DNA from: Candidatus Saccharimonadales bacterium
GTDB taxonomy: Bacteria > Patescibacteriota > Saccharimonadia > Saccharimonadales > UBA4665
Assembly: GCA_035545555.1 (NCBI GenBank)
Contig: DASZYD010000013.1
Coordinates: 5,725 to 69,724 of the forward strand
Direction: 5' to 3'
Length of the DNA: 64,000 nt
The notes under the pieces were generated by a model that saw only the letters and a list, made by a program, of their open reading frames with translations, had not been told where the DNA came from and did no database searches. Position numbers and translations under genes: made by a program. Shown piece after piece: positions 59,777 to 64,000 of the stretch (positions within the stretch are counted from its first letter, which is position 1; each line of letters starts with the position of its first letter).

Positions 59777-61225
59777 TCAAGCCGCCACAGCGGCTTCCTG
59801 CTTCGGGAACAGCGTGCCGGGGATAGGCGCCACAACTCCCTGTACGAACACTGACTGTATCTTCTCGGCCGTCTCGGGGAGAAACGGCGCCAGCAGGTCG
59901 GCGATCTCGAGCAGGCAGCCGGCCTGGTAGGCCAGCACTTCGCGCAAGTGCTCAGCGTCGCCGAGCTTGGCGATCTCCCACGGCTTCTCTTCGTCGATAT
60001 ACTGGTTGAGGCCGCGAACCTGCTCCCAGACGTCGTCCAGTGCCCGGTCAAAGCGGCAGGCTTCCAGCGCCGCTTCGTACTGCGCGGTGTCGTGCTCGGC
60101 CGGCGGAATGTCGCCAATGAGACCGTTCTGGTACTTTTGGATCATAGCCGCGGTGCGCTGCACGGCGTTGCCGAGCTCGTTTGCCAGCTCGTTATTGTAG
60201 GCTGCGTCAAACGTCTCCCAGCTGAAATCGCCATCGTCATAACTCGGGATATGCCGGAGGAAGAAGTAGCGGAAGGCATCGGCACCGTATTTGCTGATGA
60301 CCTCGTGCGGCGAAATGTAATTACCGAGCGATTTGCTCATCTTTTTGCCGTTGATGTTGATGAAGCTGTGCACATACAACGTTTTGGCCAGCGGCAGGCC
60401 CAGGCCCAGCAACATGGCGGGCCAGATAGCCGCGTGGAAGCGTACGATGTCTTTGCCGATGACTTGTACAGTGGCCGGCCAGAAGTGCTTGAAATCGTCG
60501 TGCTCCGGGTAGCCGAGCACGGTGATGTAATTCATAAGCGCCTCAAACCAGACGTACATCACCTGCGACGGGTCGCCCGGCACCGGGATACCCCAGGATA
60601 TCTTCTCTTTGGGGCGTGAAATGCTGATGTCTTCCAAGCCGTCTTTCAAAACCGCCAGGATTTCATTGCGCCGTGTATCCGGCACAACAACAAAGGCGCC
60701 GGTTTCGATGGCGGTGCGGACTTGCCCGGTGTACTTGCTCAAGCGGAAGAAATAATTCTCTTCTTCGACCTTCTCGTATGGCCGGTTGTGGTTGGGACAG
60801 ACACCGTTATTGGCCTTTACCTCTGTTTCGGTGAAGAAAGCTTCGTCACCGGTACAGTACCAGCCTACGTACTTGTTCTTATAGATATCGCCGGCGAGCG
60901 CTTTCCAGATGAGTTGGGCGCGCTGCTCGTGCGGTTTGTCAGTGGTGCGGATAAAACGGTCGTTGCTGATGTTGAGCGCCGTCAGCAGATCGCGGAACGT
61001 TTGGCTCATCTGGTCGGTCAGCGCCTGCGGCGTCAGCTTCAGCTCGGCCGCCTTTTCGGCGATCTTGCCGCCGTGCTCGTCCGTGCCGGTGCTGAAAATG
61101 GTTGGCTTGCCCTGCGCACGGGCATACCGCGCCAGCACGTCGGCCATCACGAACTCCATGGCATGCCCCAGATGCGGCTCGCCGTTGACATACGGGATGG
61201 AAGTGGTCACGAAAAAATTGCTCAT
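59777..61225 (-). CDS. metG: methionine--tRNA ligase (short form, no C-terminal tRNA-binding appendage)
   Basis: Carries the HIGH motif (EPHLGHAM), the KMSKS motif (GKKMSKSLGN) and anticodon-binding helices. 482 aa. Confidence 0.93.
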   Translation of the reverse strand: MSNFFVTTSIPYVNGEPHLGHAMEFVMADVLARYARAQGKPTIFSTGTDEHGGKIAEKAAELKLTPQALTDQMSQTFRDLLTALNISNDRFIRTTDKPHEQRAQLIWKALAGDIYKNKYVGWYCTGDEAFFTETEVKANNGVCPNHNRPYEKVEEENYFFRLSKYTGQVRTAIETGAFVVVPDTRRNEILAVLKDGLEDISISRPKEKISWGIPVPGDPSQVMYVWFEALMNYITVLGYPEHDDFKHFWPATVQVIGKDIVRFHAAIWPAMLLGLGLPLAKTLYVHSFININGKKMSKSLGNYISPHEVISKYGADAFRYFFLRHIPSYDDGDFSWETFDAAYNNELANELGNAVQRTAAMIQKYQNGLIGDIPPAEHDTAQYEAALEACRFDRALDDVWEQVRGLNQYIDEEKPWEIAKLGDAEHLREVLAYQAGCLLEIADLLAPFLPETAEKIQSVFVQGVVAPIPGTLFPKQEAAVAA

Positions 61226-61379
61226 ACTAGTAGTCTACCTGTTTACCGTAAGAAGAGAAAATGCTAGCGACAATAGAGAGAGTTATGCCCGGTCGGGCAT
61301 CATACGCGTCATGACCATCATGCATGCCTGCAGCATAGCTGTGGGGAGTATACCACTGAGGCAAGCGTAGACAAAGCTA

Positions 61380-63443
61380 TCACTGCAGAACGTGGTAGTA
61401 GTAGTCGTACGTCGTGTTCGGAGCGGGAGCGGTGCCGGATGCGATCGTAAAGGTGGTGGTCGTTGCCGTAGCGCCGTACTGCAATGCCGCGCCAGCGGTC
61501 CCCTCCGGCGTGAGCACAACGATGGGCGCGGTGCTAAACGGCGCCGCAAACGTTACCGTAGCAAGCGTACCGGCAGCACACGGGCTGTTACCGGTCGTGA
61601 TGCTCACCGCCCCAGCCGTATCATCGCCGGTGACGCTGACGGTTGCCGTACTGCTACAGTCGGCAGCACTGCCGGAGACTGCCGTCGTCGTTCCGGTGGG
61701 ATTGCCTGTAATGATGTGACCATCGACTGTCAGCGTACCGGACACGACCAAACTCTTTACGGTCAGCACCATAGTGGTCGTGTCTGCCACTAATAGCGGC
61801 GTGCCGGCAGCATTTTGAACCTGGAATGCTACGGCACTGTCGGTCCGCACCCTCGCCGTACCACTTACATCTAAGGTGTATTGCGGGTTATCGTTTGCGA
61901 TACCTACATTACCGGAAGCAGCAATGGTAAGCCGGTCGGTGAACGGGTCCGCTGTGGTATTCGGAATCTGGTTGATCGGCACGGTGTAGTCGACATAGTC
62001 AGATTGGTTATTGCCGGTGATAAGGGTCCAGGTCATGGTGGTCGTACCAGGCTGGCCGGGCTGGTTTGAGCTCAGGCCGCCCAACGGATCATTCCATGTC
62101 AAGGTCTGACCGGAGCCGGGGGTTGGACCGCCGAAGTGATCACCTACAATAAAATCGGTGATCAATTGCGACGGCTGGCTGGCAATCGTCACCGATGTGG
62201 TAGCGGCAGTACCAATCTGCGTCTGTGCAGTGCCGAATGGCGTCGACTGGTCGACGTTATAAAAGCTGGCGGCGTCAAATGTGAAGAAGTCTGCCCCTGT
62301 CAACGTTACGGCCAGCGTATTGCTGCCTGTCGGCGGCGCCAGCATATACCACACCTCGGCATCGCAACCGCTGGGGAAGACAGCTGTCGGACAACTCGCC
62401 GCATGCAGCAGCGTCAGCGGCGTACCGTTATACGTCACTGAGGCGACGCTATGCGTGTTCCCCAGACTCACCTGCACCATCAATAGACGGTTCAGGTTTG
62501 AGCCGACAACAAGCGTCGTTGAGGCACTGAGGCTCGGACTAAACGGCGAGCCGCCACTGGCCGTAGAATCAACCGTCACCGGCGTCTGTTGCGCCGCCGC
62601 GGTACGGAAAACGATATTGCCCGATCCGCCGGCACCTGTGCCGTTCGAGGCGTCAATATGTATGTCACTGCCGGTTACATTGTTGCCGCTGGCCGCGCCG
62701 CCACGCAGCGTCATCAGGCTCGTCGTGCCATCATTGCCCAACACGACAGCCGTGTTGACCGTGTCAGCCGTTAAAAGGTTCACGCCGCTGGCGTTTTGTA
62801 CTTGTAGCGCCGCCGTACTGTTCGCTTTTACGAGTGCCGTACCGGCTGCAAGAGTATCAGCGGTGAGATTTGTCGCCGTGCCGGTGCCCGAAATGGTGAA
62901 ATTACCAGCGTCAGCCGTGCCTGGCGTACTCGCCTGTAAATGCACAAAAGAGCCGCCAGGCGTGGTCGTGCCGCCGCCGGTTGTCGTAAAGACATTGTTC
63001 GTGATAAACGTATTACCGCCGCCCTGCACAAGATTGACGAATTTCGTGCCGTCGTAGTAGCGGAGCTGGCCTGCGGTTGCATCAACGTAGAGCTCGCCGG
63101 CTACCGGCGAAGCCGGTTCCTCCCCGGGAAGGAGGATAAGGCCGTCACTAACATATGCCTGGCCGTGTACGTTCAGCCGGCCCACGCCTGTCGCCGGCGG
63201 CGCACTGGTAAGTTCCGGGAGCTCAGCTGATGGTATTGCCGACGCGCGATACTGCGCAACGTCGAAGCCCGTCAGCGTCGTTTGGCCGTGGCCGCCGAAC
63301 ATCCGGCTGACCCACAGCACAGCAAGGACCGCTAGGGCAACCAGCAGGACAACGAGCCCAATCGCCCACATCCACCGCGGCATAGGGCGCGGCGGCTGTG
63401 CTGCTGGGCTGGGATACCGCGAAACGATATTATTGGGACCCAT
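61380..63443 (-). CDS. N-terminally TM-anchored tail-fibre-like surface protein (688 aa) with conserved C-terminal domain
   Basis: The start is set at the ATG at 63443, after a GGAG RBS; the track start at 63557 would overlap the upstream gene. The TM segment is WAIGLVVLLVALAVLAVLWV. Motifs typical of phage tail-fibre-like proteins are present (GNVGIANDNPQYTLDVSGTARV; AFQVQNAAGTPLLVADT; ALQVQNASGVNLLTADT). The C-terminal ~115 aa are homologous to the C-terminus of 49459..50520. Confidence 0.7.
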   Translation of the reverse strand: MGPNNIVSRYPSPAAQPPRPMPRWMWAIGLVVLLVALAVLAVLWVSRMFGGHGQTTLTGFDVAQYRASAIPSAELPELTSAPPATGVGRLNVHGQAYVSDGLILLPGEEPASPVAGELYVDATAGQLRYYDGTKFVNLVQGGGNTFITNNVFTTTGGGTTTPGGSFVHLQASTPGTADAGNFTISGTGTATNLTADTLAAGTALVKANSTAALQVQNASGVNLLTADTVNTAVVLGNDGTTSLMTLRGGAASGNNVTGSDIHIDASNGTGAGGSGNIVFRTAAAQQTPVTVDSTASGGSPFSPSLSASTTLVVGSNLNRLLMVQVSLGNTHSVASVTYNGTPLTLLHAASCPTAVFPSGCDAEVWYMLAPPTGSNTLAVTLTGADFFTFDAASFYNVDQSTPFGTAQTQIGTAATTSVTIASQPSQLITDFIVGDHFGGPTPGSGQTLTWNDPLGGLSSNQPGQPGTTTMTWTLITGNNQSDYVDYTVPINQIPNTTADPFTDRLTIAASGNVGIANDNPQYTLDVSGTARVRTDSAVAFQVQNAAGTPLLVADTTTMVLTVKSLVVSGTLTVDGHIITGNPTGTTTAVSGSAADCSSTATVSVTGDDTAGAVSITTGNSPCAAGTLATVTFAAPFSTAPIVVLTPEGTAGAALQYGATATTTTFTIASGTAPAPNTTYDYYYHVLQ

Positions 63444-63516
63444 GTTTGTTTCTCCACAGCGCTCACCCGGTGGCTGCCGCTTATGCTGTTCGTGAATATT
63501 ATATACATATGGACCG

Positions 63517-64000
63517 TTAGCGCAATGTAAAGTACAGCACAACAGCCGCAACCGCAACGATAAGGCAGGCAGTTGCCATCACCTGCGTCAGCGTACGCAG
63601 GATTGAGCGGCGTGCCAGGGGGTTCCGGCCCATTGCAACAATACTGGCATGGATAGCGCCATAGATCAGGGCTATGAGCGCACCGACCGACACAACCGCG
63701 ATAACAAAGCTCAGCACGGCGCGCAACGCCGAAACCTGGTGGCCGGCAACAACTGCCGCGACCGACTGTAGGTTGGCGATCACGCCAGATTGTTCGGACG
63801 CCGCTATGCCCGATCCGACCAGAATCGCTACCGGGATTGAGCCGACATGTACGGTCTGTGTCCCGCCGGCAACCTTTGGCACCTGATAGGTTACCGGCGA
63901 CGTGCCCGCAGAGAAGTCCGCTTCAGCAGTACCGATTGTGTACAAACCAACCGCCGCCTTCATCCCAATGCCCGCTATCGGCGAGACCGATATACGATCG
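63517..64000 (-). CDS. second paralogue of the secreted-domain + c-subunit-like hairpin protein (5' end outside window)
   Basis: The frame stays open to the window edge (...DRISVSPIAGIGMKAAVGLYTIGTA, compare GDYITISALNGVGMKADNSQIIVLGKA in 55868..56713). It shares GSIPV..LV and the C-terminal hairpin ...ALIALIYGAIHASIVAMGRNPLARRSILRTLTQVMATACLIVAVAAVVLYFTLR. Confidence 0.65.
   Translation of the reverse strand, partial: DRISVSPIAGIGMKAAVGLYTIGTAEADFSAGTSPVTYQVPKVAGGTQTVHVGSIPVAILVGSGIAASEQSGVIANLQSVAAVVAGHQVSALRAVLSFVIAVVSVGALIALIYGAIHASIVAMGRNPLARRSILRTLTQVMATACLIVAVAAVVLYFTLR

Overview
This is a gene-dense 64-kb bacterial chromosomal window, roughly 60% GC by eye. About 90% of the genes lie on the minus strand. 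Most long plus-strand ORFs in the track are antisense shadows of minus-strand genes. Gene content is housekeeping in minimised form. It covers DNA replication and repair (ligA partial, uvrC, uvrA, sbcB, ruvX), translation (alaS, metG, mnmA, rplY, obg, three tRNAs that encode their own CCA), envelope and division (HtpX, LemA, an S11 carboxypeptidase, a LysM-CHAP hydrolase, MltG, FtsA-like, SecG, DedA), and a mazEF pair in a low-GC islet beside a tRNA-Leu. The compact enzymes, the many signal-peptide or single-TM proteins of unknown function, and one characteristic membrane protein suggest a reduced genome of the Patescibacteria/CPR (Saccharimonadia-like) type; this lineage call is inference only. 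The accessory-looking part is 41.3-56.7 kb plus 61.4-64.0 kb and has three components. (1) A cluster of paralogous secreted beta-rich proteins sits with a DUF916/DUF3324-like TM-anchored protein and a PKD protein, resembling a csc/WxL-type cell-surface-complex locus. (2) An F-type ATPase-like operon follows canonical order (c-slot, b, delta, alpha, gamma, beta, epsilon) but has no a-subunit gene. Its c-slot is filled by a 281-aa secreted-domain protein that ends in a c-subunit-like helical hairpin lacking the ion-binding carboxylate. (3) A second paralogue of that protein lies next to an N-terminally anchored tail-fibre-like protein. The C-terminal domain of that fibre protein is shared with another fibre-like protein adjacent to the ATPase operon. 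I regard this ATPase and surface-fibre association as the best candidate for an undescribed system. No rRNA, CRISPR array, transposase or integrase was seen. Start codons are approximate wherever noted.
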